Positions 19,769 to 33,800 of a stretch of DNA of 64,000 nt are shown one piece after another. The first letter of the stretch is position 1. Every line of letters begins with the position of its first letter. The position numbers and the translations under genes were made by a program. The DNA is taken from assembly GCA_963841915.1 (NCBI GenBank), contig CAWJEN010000005.1, forward strand, positions 32,001 to 96,000. Direction: 5' to 3'. The notes under the pieces were generated by a model that was not told the origin of the DNA, did no database searches, and worked only from the letters and a program-made list of their open reading frames with translations. This DNA comes from an uncultured Planctomycetota bacterium (GTDB lineage: Bacteria; Planctomycetota; Phycisphaerae; Tepidisphaerales; Tepidisphaeraceae).

Positions 19769-21328
19769 ATGCGGATGCTTCGGACGCTACTGATCGTGAC
19801 GGCTTTGTTCGTTTTCGCCAGCCAAGGCCGAGGCGCGGGTCAGATGTTCGAGAGCGTCGAAGCCGGTGTGAAGCTGCAACTTCCAGCCGGCGACGCCCGC
19901 ACGGTCGGATCGGCCAATCCGCCTGAGGATCCGCAGGCGCTGGCGGTGGTGACGAATCCGAGCGAGAATTGGCGGTTCGAGCTGCGGGCCGTGCCGCTGG
20001 ATCGTCCCGTGTCGCTGCGTTCGAACGAACTTCCTGAAGGCGGTCGCCAGGCCGGCCTGCTCGAGCTGACGGCGGCCGACATGCAAAGGCGGCTCAATGG
20101 AGATCTGCTTCGGCTCGAGCTCGCACCGCTGCCTGATGCCGATGCGGGTGTCTTTGCCGTCCGGTACACGCTGGGACCGGTGACGCAGCTTCGCCAGGAC
20201 GCGCTCATCCGGGCCAACGACCGGCTTTACTACCGGCTGACGCTCGTCAGTCCCGCTCCGGCCGGTGACGTCGAAGCGTTGTCGGAGAGCGAAGAGGTCA
20301 AGCGGGCCGTTGTTGCGTTTCGTGAAGCCTTCGATTCCTTTGAGTCGATCGATCAGAGCGCTTTGCGGGACGAACAGGAAAAGCGGCTCGTCTCGACGCG
20401 GGCGATGCTCGTCAACCTGCAGCCGCGTGGGCGACTGGCAGCGGCATGCGGAGGCGAGCAGTGGTGGATCATCAAGCAGGCGGGCCAGCCCGTCGGATTC
20501 GCACAGGTCATTGAAGAAGCTGCCGACAGCCTGCCGCCCGACGCGTTCAATGCCTTCAGCGACAGCGAGCGACCCGGCCGGGCTGATCCGATGGCCAGTG
20601 ATGGCGTCCGCGTCGGTGTCCGGCTCCGCATGCAGGCCGGCGAGACTGACACGATCGATCGTGCTTCCTGGAGCTATGCCAGCCGTCAATTAGATGAAGG
20701 TGACTTCCGGGAGGCCAACATCCTTGTTGATGAAGAAGGCCGCGCTCAGCGAGGCGTGGTCATCGGTCAGATGCGGTCGCGCAAGGTACCGGTGCGAGAC
20801 TTGACGCCTCGTGGCCCTGGGCTCGGCAGCACACCGACGTTCGACCTCGTCGAGCAGGCGGAGCTGGAAGTGACCTTCACGCTTGATGGTCACGTGGTGG
20901 GCGATCCGCTGGTCCGTCAGGTCCCGGTATTTTACGTCCCGCGGGCCATCGACCATCTGTTGCCGAGACTGCTGGCGACCTGGGGCAAGCCGCAGGGATA
21001 CATGGTTGCTGCTTACGCACCCGACCGCCGTGAGATCTTCAGCCGCTACCTTGATGTGGGCGAGCCTGAGGTTGTGACCCTGCCGGCCGGTGGTCAGGGG
21101 CGGGCCATTGTCGTTACATCCCGCATGGGATACAGCGGCCAACCGACACGACACTTCATCGACCCAAAGACATTTGTGTGGCTCGGCAGCTCGACGCCGT
21201 CAACCTCGACGCAGATCTACCCCGTGACGCGAGAAGCTCTTGAACAGGCTCTTGTCGGCACCGCTATCTGGGACGATGCCGAGCGTCGCCCCGACGTGCC
21301 GGATGTCGAACCCGTTGGCAGCCGATAA
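19769..21328 (+). CDS. Hypothetical exported protein
   Basis: Signal peptide MRMLRTLLIVTALFVFASQGRG; long ORF in operon-like context. Confidence 0.75.
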   Translation: MRMLRTLLIVTALFVFASQGRGAGQMFESVEAGVKLQLPAGDARTVGSANPPEDPQALAVVTNPSENWRFELRAVPLDRPVSLRSNELPEGGRQAGLLELTAADMQRRLNGDLLRLELAPLPDADAGVFAVRYTLGPVTQLRQDALIRANDRLYYRLTLVSPAPAGDVEALSESEEVKRAVVAFREAFDSFESIDQSALRDEQEKRLVSTRAMLVNLQPRGRLAAACGGEQWWIIKQAGQPVGFAQVIEEAADSLPPDAFNAFSDSERPGRADPMASDGVRVGVRLRMQAGETDTIDRASWSYASRQLDEGDFREANILVDEEGRAQRGVVIGQMRSRKVPVRDLTPRGPGLGSTPTFDLVEQAELEVTFTLDGHVVGDPLVRQVPVFYVPRAIDHLLPRLLATWGKPQGYMVAAYAPDRREIFSRYLDVGEPEVVTLPAGGQGRAIVVTSRMGYSGQPTRHFIDPKTFVWLGSSTPSTSTQIYPVTREALEQALVGTAIWDDAERRPDVPDVEPVGSR

Positions 21329-21338
21329 GGAAGAAGTC

Positions 21339-22109
21339 ATGTCCGTTGCTACCCGCTCAGCCATCAAACTTGTTGGACTCGCAGCCGTCGCCGGTGCTGC
21401 GGGTGGGTCGGCCTGGTGGTACCAGTCGAAGCAGACGGCCAAGGATCGGCAGATAGCCGAGCAACAGCAGCAGATCGAGTATCTCGAGGACGTAGCTGAT
21501 CGACTGTCTCTCGAAGAGCGTGTGGCGAGAATTGTGGTGACGGATCAAGACCGAAGTGCCGACGGCACGCTCGAGACGGATCTGCTTTTCTTCGATGTCG
21601 GCCCCGACGGCAAAGAGCTGCCTGCCAAGGCTTTCACCGTCCGCGGTGAGCGGGTGCACGTGTCGGCATTGCTGATTCGCTTCGACGAGGAGAAGGTTAA
21701 AGCCGGTGAGCAACTGCGAGGCAGGACCATCGCGTTTTGGGACAAGATCCACGGTTCAGCCGTACCGCCCGAAGAGGGTCAGATGCTCGATGAGACCGGC
21801 GAAGCACCACGGGTTTATGCCGGCAATCCCGCCGCCCGTGGGCTCGACAAAGAACGGGCGGCCTTTGAGGCCGACCTGTGGACGAGGTTCTGGGAGATTG
21901 CCTCCGACACTGCCTTGGCCAATGAGGAAGGGGCCAAAGTAGCATTCGGGCAAGATGTGTTCGGCGTCTTCTCGCCCGATCAGGTGTACACGATCACGCT
22001 CCAGGGCAACGGCGGGCTGACGCTTTACAGCGAGCCGATGCCGACGATTCTGCGAGAGTCGCTCAAGGCCATCGGGCAATCTGCAACGGGTGATGCTAGC
22101 GAGCAATAG
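21339..22109 (+). CDS. Hypothetical protein with N-terminal anchor and short coiled coil
   Basis: Purine-rich RBS; hydrophobic N-terminus followed by Q/E-rich helix. Confidence 0.75.
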   Translation: MSVATRSAIKLVGLAAVAGAAGGSAWWYQSKQTAKDRQIAEQQQQIEYLEDVADRLSLEERVARIVVTDQDRSADGTLETDLLFFDVGPDGKELPAKAFTVRGERVHVSALLIRFDEEKVKAGEQLRGRTIAFWDKIHGSAVPPEEGQMLDETGEAPRVYAGNPAARGLDKERAAFEADLWTRFWEIASDTALANEEGAKVAFGQDVFGVFSPDQVYTITLQGNGGLTLYSEPMPTILRESLKAIGQSATGDASEQ

Positions 22110-22237
22110 CGTGAACTTGATCAGAGGTGGCGCGTCGTTTGTTCGGCGACGCACACGCCGCTAACATCGCCGACCGGCCACAGCACACTCACACGCCCCT
22201 CAGGCCGGCGTTCGACGCGAAGTCGCCCCAACTGCCA

Positions 22238-23320
22238 ATGAAGCTTGTCGTCACCGTCCCGGCCCAGAACGAAGAGCCGACGATCGGTCGTGTCATCGAC
22301 GGCGTGCCTCGAGACATCGCCGGCATCGACCGCGTCGAGGTCATCGTTATGGACGACAGCTCGACCGACCGCACGGCTGAAGAAGCCCGTGCTGCCGGAG
22401 CACACGTGGTGCGGGTTGATGGTCGGCCGGGTCTAGGCAAGGTCTTTCAGGTCGGCGTCGAAGAGGCCATGCGTCGCGGGGCCGACTTCGTCGTCAATAT
22501 CGACGGCGACGGGCAGTTTCAGTCGGCGGACATCCGCCATCTCGTTGAGCCGCTCGTCGAAGATCGTGCCGACTTTGTCACCTGCACGCGGTTCGGCAAC
22601 CCGGAGTATCACCCGGAGATGCCGCCGGTGAAGTTTTGGGGCAACTTTGCGGTGGTCAAGATCGTCAACTTTGCCTGCGGGGGTGGCGGCCGATTCACCG
22701 ACGTTTCCTGCGGCTTCCGAGGGTTCAACCGCGACGCGCTGTACCGCCTGACGCTGTTCGGTCGGTACACGTACACGCAGGAGTGCTTCATCGACTTGTT
22801 CTCGAAGAACCTGCGGATCGTCGAGGTGCCGCTCCGTGTCCGCGGCGTCCGTGAGCACGGCAAGAGTCGCGTCGCCAAGAGCGTGTGGAAGTACGCAATG
22901 AATACGCTGCCGATCATCGTGCGTGCGATGCGGGACATTCGGCCGCTGAAGTTCTTTGGCGCACTTGCAGGTCTGCTCGCGTTGCCGGGTCTCGTGCTTC
23001 TTGGGCTCGTGACGTTGAACTACACGGTCGCCAACCCAGGCAAGACGCAACCGTTTACCAGTGCAATCACACTTGGAACTGCCTTTCTCACGTTGGCGGT
23101 CATCGTCGGTGTTCTGGCTTTGCTCGCGGACATGATGGCCCGGCACCGCCGCATTACCGAGGAGCTTTTGTACCTCGCCCGGCGTCGCATTTACGGCTCG
23201 GGCGATAGTCGACTGCCGGCACGGACGAGCATCGACCGGCCCGCTGCCTCGACCAACGGCACGCCGACCCGCGATCGCAAGGCCAAAGCCGTGTTTCGCG
23301 AGACGGTTCTGGCAGAGTGA
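22238..23320 (+). CDS. Glycosyltransferase family 2 (DPM synthase-like) with C-terminal TM helices
   Basis: VPAQNEE, VMDDSSTD, DGDGQ, DVSCGFR. Confidence 0.9.
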   Translation: MKLVVTVPAQNEEPTIGRVIDGVPRDIAGIDRVEVIVMDDSSTDRTAEEARAAGAHVVRVDGRPGLGKVFQVGVEEAMRRGADFVVNIDGDGQFQSADIRHLVEPLVEDRADFVTCTRFGNPEYHPEMPPVKFWGNFAVVKIVNFACGGGGRFTDVSCGFRGFNRDALYRLTLFGRYTYTQECFIDLFSKNLRIVEVPLRVRGVREHGKSRVAKSVWKYAMNTLPIIVRAMRDIRPLKFFGALAGLLALPGLVLLGLVTLNYTVANPGKTQPFTSAITLGTAFLTLAVIVGVLALLADMMARHRRITEELLYLARRRIYGSGDSRLPARTSIDRPAASTNGTPTRDRKAKAVFRETVLAE

Positions 23321-23327
23321 GCATGTG

Positions 23328-25490
23328 TCAGGCTCGCCGCCTACTCAGGAAAGCTGCATAAGCCGACTCGCCGGCAGCAACAAAACCAGCCAGTAAGAGC
23401 ACCGGCCAGCCCCAGTCGGGGCGATCCTGTGACTCGACCAACACGCCGGCCGTCTCGGCTGACAGGCCGACCACCTCGAGATCGATGTCGCCGAGCGACT
23501 CCCGGACGGCTTCAGCCGACGCCGGTTCGAGATCACTTTCGGCAGCTAAGACGTTGACGGCGATCGGGGAGCGGAAGCTGCCCGCGACGACCTCGTACGC
23601 ACCTGGAACGGTCAACGGCGGCGAGGTCCAGCGGCTTAGTCCACCTGATTGTGCTTCGCGAGTCAGCAGAATGGTCTCGCCTAGTCCGATCAGCCGAGGC
23701 GTCGAGCCGCTGGGCAACCCTGCCGAGGCTGGTATCGACAGGTGATCACCGACGAGCAGATTCTGCCAGGATGCCCCGCCGCCGGTCTCGCCGACCGTGC
23801 CGCGGAAAAGTTCGTGCACGAACGCGGCATAATTGTCGATCAGCGGCAAGAGCGTCCACTCTGGGTCGTCGGCCGACGTGGTCACCAAGGTCACGGCACC
23901 GCTGCCGACCCTCGCTGTGAGCACGGCCGGGTCTTGCGTTTCGGCAAAAGCAAGGACAACTTCTGCAGAGTCCGCCGGCGTCACGCCCCAGTAGCGGCGG
24001 ATCGTCGGAGCTGACAGCCCGCTCCGGTCAACGCCTCGGAAGGCACCTAAGAAGCGATGTGGATCACCGGGATCGAAGTCGAACCCGAGCAGAGCCCGCT
24101 GCCCGTCTTGTGAGGCTGCGTCGGCGTTGACGATTCGCTCGATCCGGCCCGGCAGAATACCCAGGCCGCCGAGTGTCGCGTTGTAAGTGTCAAGTGAGAT
24201 GCCCTCGCCGAGCCAGATCATCAGCGTCCCGCCGCTTCGAACGAAGTCGTTGAGCCTGGCGGCCGTTGCATCATCGAAGCCGGCCACATTGGCCAACACA
24301 ACGGCTTCGTAATCACCCAGAGGCCGCGTCGAAAGTTCGAGATCGCTGATGCGGTCGACCTTGATGTAGCCGGCCTCGCCCGGTGCAAGGGCCGTTGCCA
24401 GAAGCGATCGGCCGCCGAGCGCAGCGGCGGTTGCAGCCGATCGTCCCTCGACCACCAACACCGGCAGATCCGTTACCTCCTGCACCACCCGCAGCCGACT
24501 GTCATCGAAGGCCAGGGCGTCGTCAGCTGACGCAAGGCTCAACTGCACCAAGTGCGGTCGCCCGTCGCGAACTGCATCGAGCACAGTCGGGCTCGCAACG
24601 ACCTCGCTGTCCGTTCCGAGTCGCGGCGTGTCGATGGTGCGGCCGTCGACGGACCAGGCGGCAGACTCGGCCCGGCCAGTGACCGTGCCGAGGAGCGACG
24701 TGTCGAAGCCACGCCGGATGATTGTGTCGTCAGGCGAGACGGCAACGACTGCTGTGTTCTGCGGTGCGTCACCCTCAGGCAGATAAAGCCTGATCTCGGC
24801 CGTCGCTGTCTCGAGGCGTGGGCCGAGCGTCGCCAGGCGAGCTTCGGACATGGCTGAACCGGCAGCGTCGGTCAGGACGTGCACGACGATTCGTTCACCG
24901 GCGTCCGACGCGGCGACAAGGTCGAGCACGCGGTCGAGCGCACCGGCGAGATCGGTGGCGGCAAAGGTCTGCTCGACATCCATCGAAGCCGCCTCGACGG
25001 CTGTCAGGTCGTACGCCGGTTCGGGAACGACTTCGCCCGCCGGGGCAGCAGCAGAAATAACCGCTGCTCGCGCTTCGCCGCCCGCCGTCTGCAGCACGGC
25101 CGCAACCGTCTGTTTCATGAGGTCGAGTGTGGTTGCTTCGCCTCGCTTTGCACCGGTTGAGGCACTGTTGTCGAGGACGAAGACGTGCAGCGTCCGGTCT
25201 CCACCTGCCGCGGCAGCCAGGGCGGAGCCGGCGCATCCAAGCGGCCTTGCCAGGGCCAGGCCGATGAGGCTGACCAGCAGACACCGCATCGCAAGCAGCA
25301 GCCACGACTCGAACTGAAGCCGCCTGCGGTTGCGACGCATTGCTTCGAGGACGAACCGCATCGCCGCCCACTCGACGGTCTTGAACCTGCGACGATTAAG
25401 CAGGTGAATGATGATCGGAACCGATGCCAGCAACAGCCCCGCCGCCGCGAGAGCGGGCGTAACAAAGACAGCAGCTGGTGGCGGGAACAT
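23328..25490 (-). CDS. BatA/vWA domain protein
   Basis: PIIIHLLNRRRFK.VEWAAMRF, LALARP, MIDAS-like VLDNSAS; C-terminal TM. Confidence 0.88.
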   Translation of the reverse strand: MFPPPAAVFVTPALAAAGLLLASVPIIIHLLNRRRFKTVEWAAMRFVLEAMRRNRRRLQFESWLLLAMRCLLVSLIGLALARPLGCAGSALAAAAGGDRTLHVFVLDNSASTGAKRGEATTLDLMKQTVAAVLQTAGGEARAAVISAAAPAGEVVPEPAYDLTAVEAASMDVEQTFAATDLAGALDRVLDLVAASDAGERIVVHVLTDAAGSAMSEARLATLGPRLETATAEIRLYLPEGDAPQNTAVVAVSPDDTIIRRGFDTSLLGTVTGRAESAAWSVDGRTIDTPRLGTDSEVVASPTVLDAVRDGRPHLVQLSLASADDALAFDDSRLRVVQEVTDLPVLVVEGRSAATAAALGGRSLLATALAPGEAGYIKVDRISDLELSTRPLGDYEAVVLANVAGFDDATAARLNDFVRSGGTLMIWLGEGISLDTYNATLGGLGILPGRIERIVNADAASQDGQRALLGFDFDPGDPHRFLGAFRGVDRSGLSAPTIRRYWGVTPADSAEVVLAFAETQDPAVLTARVGSGAVTLVTTSADDPEWTLLPLIDNYAAFVHELFRGTVGETGGGASWQNLLVGDHLSIPASAGLPSGSTPRLIGLGETILLTREAQSGGLSRWTSPPLTVPGAYEVVAGSFRSPIAVNVLAAESDLEPASAEAVRESLGDIDLEVVGLSAETAGVLVESQDRPDWGWPVLLLAGFVAAGESAYAAFLSRRRA

Positions 25491-25504
25491 CACGAAGTGC
25501 AAGT

Positions 25505-26437
25505 TTATCGCCGCATGCGGCCGTCGCGACTGGCGAGGAAGACGCCCAACGGCACCTCCAGGCTTTCGCCGGTATCGAACGTGTGGAAGTCGGCGTCGAC
25601 GCGTCGGCAGCTTCGGGCGATCTGCTCCTTGTGTCTCTGCATTGCGTCAAGGTAACCCTTCCGCAAGCCGTCCGGCTCGGCAAGCAGGTCGCCCGCTTCT
25701 TCGAGCCCTTTGAACATCGTCACGTCTTTGAAATTGAACTGAATCTCCTGCGGATCGAGCATTTGCAGGCAAACGACATCGTGCTTGCGGAACCGCATGG
25801 CTTTGAGGCCGCGCTCTACGCCTGCCGGGTCGTCAAAGAAGTCGCTCAGCACGACAACGAGGCTGCGGCCGGTGATCTTGCCGGCGAGTTGTTGCAGGAC
25901 GCCACCGACGCCGGTCTTGTTCCAACGTGGGACCGCTTGCAGCTCGCTGACGATTGTCCGCCACTGCCCTCGGCTGGCACTTGGCTTGACATATCGCACC
26001 AGTCCCTCGTCAAAAATGGCCAATCCCACCGCGTCGGCCTTCATCGTCGCCAGCAGTGACAGCGTGGCAGCGAGCGTCGTCGCATGGTCGAACTTCGTCC
26101 ACCCGTCGCGTCCCCCGCGGGCGACACTGCCGAAGTTCATGCTTTCGCTTGCGTCGACAGCTATGACGATCTGAAGCTGTGTTTCTTCCTGAAACTGCTT
26201 GATATGCAGCTTGTCAGAGCGGCCGAAGACTTTCCAGTCGATGTGCCGCGTGTCGTCGCCTTGTACGTACGGCCGGTGCTGGGCAAATTCTACGGAACTG
26301 CCCTGGTGCGGCGACCGGTGCCGGCCGGACATGAGGCCTTCGACGACGCTGCGCGTGCGTAGCTCGAGGTTCTTCACGCGGGCCAGTGCCCGCGGGTCGA
26401 GGAAGTCGGTCAGATCGTCGGCAGTGGTACTGGCCAT
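25505..26437 (-). CDS. DUF58 family protein
   Basis: GRHRSPHQGSSVEFAQHRPY..GDD.RHIDWK; DASESM. Confidence 0.93.
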   Translation of the reverse strand: MASTTADDLTDFLDPRALARVKNLELRTRSVVEGLMSGRHRSPHQGSSVEFAQHRPYVQGDDTRHIDWKVFGRSDKLHIKQFQEETQLQIVIAVDASESMNFGSVARGGRDGWTKFDHATTLAATLSLLATMKADAVGLAIFDEGLVRYVKPSASRGQWRTIVSELQAVPRWNKTGVGGVLQQLAGKITGRSLVVVLSDFFDDPAGVERGLKAMRFRKHDVVCLQMLDPQEIQFNFKDVTMFKGLEEAGDLLAEPDGLRKGYLDAMQRHKEQIARSCRRVDADFHTFDTGESLEVPLGVFLASRDGRMRR

Positions 26438-26445
26438 AGGAAACC

Positions 26446-27504
<1,059 letters not shown>

Positions 27505-27558
27505 GTGGAGCACTCTACAGAACCCGTTGGCTCGCGGCGACGAACAAGGTTTGCAAGG

Positions 27559-28359
27559 ATGCCTGAACTGCCCGAAGTCGAAACCGTCGTCCGCACCCTC
27601 CGCCCGCAACTGGTCGGCAGCGTGGTGCGCGGCGTCACGCTCCATCGCCACGACTTCGCCAAACCACACGGTTTTGACTGGCAGTGCATCGTCGGCCGCG
27701 AGGTCGTAGCCGTCTCGCGGCGGGCCAAAAGGATCATCGTGACCATCGACGACGGCAACCGCTTCATCGCCCACCTTGGCATGACCGGACGGCTGACCTT
27801 CTGCGACGCGTCCGACGACATGGCAAAGCACACGCACGTCGTCTTCAATTTTGGTGTTGGCGAGCTACGGTTCTGCGACCCCAGGCGGTTCGGAAACCTT
27901 ACGTGGATGGGGCGCGACTGCTGCGAGAGCGGCGTCGGCCCTGAGCCGTTGACGCTGAAGGCGGCGCACCTGGCCGACCGACTGCTCACGACTCGGCGGC
28001 CGGTGAAGTCGGCCCTGCTCGATCAGACGTTCATCGCAGGCCTCGGCAACATCTACGCCGACGAGGCACTATTTGCCGCCGGGATTCATCCGCTGACGCC
28101 CTGCAACGCGATCGACCGCCCCGCCGCGGCAGGGCTGTGTCGGTCGATCAAGCGGATCCTGCGACGAGCCATCAACGCGGGCGGCAGCACGCTCCGCGAC
28201 TACGTCGACGCCAACGGCAAAGCCGGTCGGGCCCAGCAGCTCCACAAGGTCTACGCCCGTAACGATCAGCCGTGTCGCAAGTGCCACACCGTCATCTCCA
28301 AACTGGTCCTGGGCGGCCGATCAACGCACTTTTGCGAGCACTGCCAGCAGGCGGCGTGA
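27559..28359 (+). CDS. mutM: Formamidopyrimidine-DNA glycosylase
   Basis: MPELPEVET, HLGMTG, DPRRFG, GLGNIYADE, C-terminal Zn finger. Confidence 0.95.
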   Translation: MPELPEVETVVRTLRPQLVGSVVRGVTLHRHDFAKPHGFDWQCIVGREVVAVSRRAKRIIVTIDDGNRFIAHLGMTGRLTFCDASDDMAKHTHVVFNFGVGELRFCDPRRFGNLTWMGRDCCESGVGPEPLTLKAAHLADRLLTTRRPVKSALLDQTFIAGLGNIYADEALFAAGIHPLTPCNAIDRPAAAGLCRSIKRILRRAINAGGSTLRDYVDANGKAGRAQQLHKVYARNDQPCRKCHTVISKLVLGGRSTHFCEHCQQAA

Positions 28360-28550
28360 AGTCTCCAATTGCTGATTGATTCTGTCCCGCGGCGTCAGAC
28401 TTTGCCGACTACTATGCGAACCGCCCCGGACCTTGAGCCGGGGGCGTCGTGTCGTCGGCACGCGACGAAATCTGCAACGACTCTGCAAGACGCACCCGCC
28501 GGCCGCGTCACTACCCAGGCCGCCCTTTTCTCGGGCGGATTTCTTCACCC

Positions 28551-30275
<1,725 letters not shown>

Positions 30276-30298
30276 GCGTCACCGCATCACAACATCCG

Positions 30299-30333
30299 AC
30301 GCCGGGGCAACTACAAGTTGCCCCGGCGTTTTC
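30299..30333 (+). terminator. Rho-independent terminator of rpsA
   Basis: 14-bp stem ACGCCGGGGCAACT/AGTTGCCCCGGCGT plus T-run. Confidence 0.8.
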
Positions 30334-30412
30334 GTTCAGATGTGTTCGCTGCCGTCGGACGCGCTGCGCCGCGGCGGCCAAGTCGGGCCGCTGCCGGCCG
30401 GCGGAGGGGGAA

Positions 30413-30428
30413 TGTTCCACGTGGAACA
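30413..30428. promoter_or_regulatory. parS: parS site
   Basis: TGTTCCACGTGGAACA. Confidence 0.9.
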
Positions 30429-30488
30429 TGCCGACCCCTCGCCACGCTCCGCCAGCCCGGTTCGCCGCATCCGCCGACGAACGGCCGA

Positions 30489-30504
30489 TGTTCCACGTGG
30501 AACA
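30489..30504. promoter_or_regulatory. parS: parS site
   Basis: TGTTCCACGTGGAACA. Confidence 0.9.
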
Positions 30505-30897
30505 AAACGGGTCGCCGACTGCGTACACGGGTCGTCCGCCCTGCGGATGGGGTCCGTCCGCCGATTGCGACTTGAGGCGTTGTTTTTGCAACTTGGGTCA
30601 AGGCCACTGCGTCACCACGCGACCTGCGCCGCCGCGGCCGCCGAAGATCACTCTTGTCGGCCAGATCGCCACGGTGCGACCTCGGGTTCAAGTTTCGGAA
30701 GCCTCCGCACGAGCGTCAAAATCGGTCACCGCCGATCAGGTGCCGCAGCAAGTTCCGCGACGTACACGCTTGCATCGTGAGGTCGATTCATCATGATGTG
30801 TCTTCTCTCGTGGCGGGCGGGGATCTGGTTCAAACCGGCGAACCTGTTACACGGTCGACATGATCCGCGGGGGGACATAACCGAGTGAGTCTTTAAG

Positions 30898-33800
30898 ATG
30901 CCATCGAACCTGATCAGCCGCCGTCCCTCATCCACCCTTCTTCCGCTCATCGAAGGTCTCGAAACCCGCCGCCTCCTCGCCGCCCTCACCTGGGACGCCG
31001 GCGGCGACGGCACGTCTTGGGACGACGCACAGAACTGGTCTGATGACGCCGTCCCGACGCTTGCGGATGATGTAACGATCGGATCAGCGACCACCACCGC
31101 CATTCAGGTCACTGGAGATGCGGAGGTCCGCTCGCTTACGACCACACGGCGGATCGTCGTCACCGGAAGTCTTCGCGTTGCCGACGGACAATTGGCCACG
31201 TTTCACAACATTCTCCACCTGCGCGGGGGCACCATCATTGGCGGGATCTGGGATTTCGAGCAAGGAGAGTTTAGGAACAACCTTGTTTCAGATGGTGTTG
31301 CCGCCGGCATCACGCTGCGCAGCGACATCTCCATCGTCACCGAGCTCTTCATCGAAGGTGGCATCGTGCTTGATGGTGCCGACGTGGAAATTAACGATGG
31401 CACCGGAAAGCTCAGTTTCCGTGGCGGCGATCAGAGCATCAGCGGCACGGGTCGCGTCATAAGCGACCGTACACCGATCAGTTCGGGTCCACAGGTTGTC
31501 AAGCTTTACGGTAATCATACCGTCACCGTTGAGTCGGGTGTCTCCATGGAGGGCAGGTTGGACATTATCGACGGGGATTCGGCGTCTAATGCCACGCTCA
31601 TCAACAATGGCGCGATACTCACCAATCTTTCTTCTCCTGGCGTTGCCATTTACAACGGGTTCCGCGTTGCTACGCAACACCTCATCAACAACGGTCTGAT
31701 CGAGGCGACAGCTAACGCCGACCTCCACCTGCAGAGTCAGACGACCATCAACAACGGAACCATCACGATGGCCGCCGGCAGTGGATCGGGCAGTGCTCGT
31801 GGCTTGGCAAATGGGCCGGCTGGCGTCATAGATGTCGACGGTGTTGAAGACTATCGCCTCAACAAGTTCCAGCAGAACGACGGCCTGATCTCAGTTCGCA
31901 ACACCGCGCTGACACTCGATCTGAATGCCCGCCCTGAAGCTGCCAGCATCGGCACGCTCCTGCGCCAGGGCAGCACCGTGAAGCTCGGCGGCGACTTCGA
32001 CAACACCGGCCGTACTCTCGATCCGGTCGCCCTGCTCGACGGTCCCGTGACCCTTCAGAACGCCTCCATCGTCGGCGGCACGCTCGTCTCCGATCCGGCT
32101 AATCGCCTGTCGCTCGGTTCGTTCGGCGACCTGATCTTCGACGGCCTGACCTTCGAGGGGCCACTAAATACTGAACGTTACCTCTTCGACACCGGCACGG
32201 ACATTGCTGTTCGCAATGTCCTGACGGTCAATGATGCACTTGTCATTGACGAGAGTATCGACTTCGTCTTCGACAGCGGCCCGGGTAGAATCAACGCCCC
32301 TGAGATCCGCATCCTCAATGGTGGCCGCCTCGACTTACTGCTACGCAACAACACGTTCTTCACGCTTGAGACGGACGTGATCGTAGATCGTGGGGGATTG
32401 CTTGGAGTGAATCGGGCCGACGATTCAGCCGTTGAAACGTCGTTTGAGAACGTCGCTTCAATCTCGATCGGCGACTCCAACAGCAGCTTGAGCACCAACG
32501 GCATTTTTGATGTCCGGGTTGATCATTTCTACAACAGCGGCAGCGTTACTGCGAACGAGCGAGCCAGCGTGTTGTTGAGATCGGACACCATTAATCGCGT
32601 TGATGGAGTCATAGAGCTTCAACCTAACTCCGATTTCACGCTAGAGAAAAGTTGGAAGAACGACGGCACCTTCTTGACGACTAACGCGTTGGTGCAGTTC
32701 GCAGGATCGCTCTCGGCCAGCGACGTCGGCACGTGGATCCGAACGGCAGGCATCGTCAGGCTCAGCGGCACTCTGAACAACACCGGTACTGACCTCAACG
32801 TGATCGACGTCTTCCGCGGACAGCTTGGCATCGTCGGAGGCACCGTCGTTGGCGGCACTCTTGATGCCGACGGTATAGAGTCGCTTTATATTGACGGAAA
32901 TATCGCCCGATTCATAGATAATGTCACGCTTCGCGGCAACTTCACCGTTAATGACGGCACCAAGCTGGTTGTCGAGGGTGGGCTGACGCTCGACAGCGCA
33001 ACGCTCGTCCTGGATGAGGAAGCTCGCCTCAGCTTTAACGGTGACGTGCAGCGACTGGCGGGAGCCGGCCGCGTGAGCAGGCCTGCAGACTCCAGCTCCG
33101 GGGCGGCACGCATCGCGCTGGATGACGGTGCTGAAGTCACCATCGATGAGAACATTGTCATTTCAGGTGGAAATCTCTGGATCGGTGGTAGTTCGGTAGG
33201 GTCGGCCACCGGATTACTCACCGTGAACGGCCTCCTTGAGGCTGGTGTGGCCGGCGAGACGATGAAGGTCATCGCACCAGCGCTTGGTCGCCCGCTCGAC
33301 ATCATCGTCAAAGAAGGCGGCACGCTGGAGGTAGGCGGCGGCGCATTAAAGGGTAAGGAACTTCGACTCGGTCAAGTACGCGTTGTCGATGGCGGCACGC
33401 TAACCAGTAATCTGGCTCTTGAGACGCTCGTGGCCGACATCGAGGTCATCGGCACGAACAACCGATTGGCAGGTTCAATGAGTCGACGCGTCACGCTGCT
33501 TGAGGGCAGCCTCTCGCTCGACGAAAACAGCAGCTTGTCCCTCGGTGACCAAGCCGAGACGCTTGAAATAGCCGCGACCGTCACCCTCGCCGGCGGCTCG
33601 ACTTTAGATGCAGCGGGCTCCGTCGTGCTGAACACAAGCTGGACCTCCACAGCGGGGCCGGACCCCTTCGGCCGCCTCGTCAGTGGCGGCAGCGTCGACC
33701 TTCGCGGCCTGCAGCTGAACCTTTTCGCGGACGCGAGGCAGACTGACCTTGATCTTGTCGTCGGCGACGTCTTTCCGCTGATCGAGGTGGGCGGCGGCCT

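Noticed and set aside
30505..30897. Possible oriC next to parS
   Set aside because: No DnaA boxes (TTATCCACA) or AT-rich unwinding element seen.
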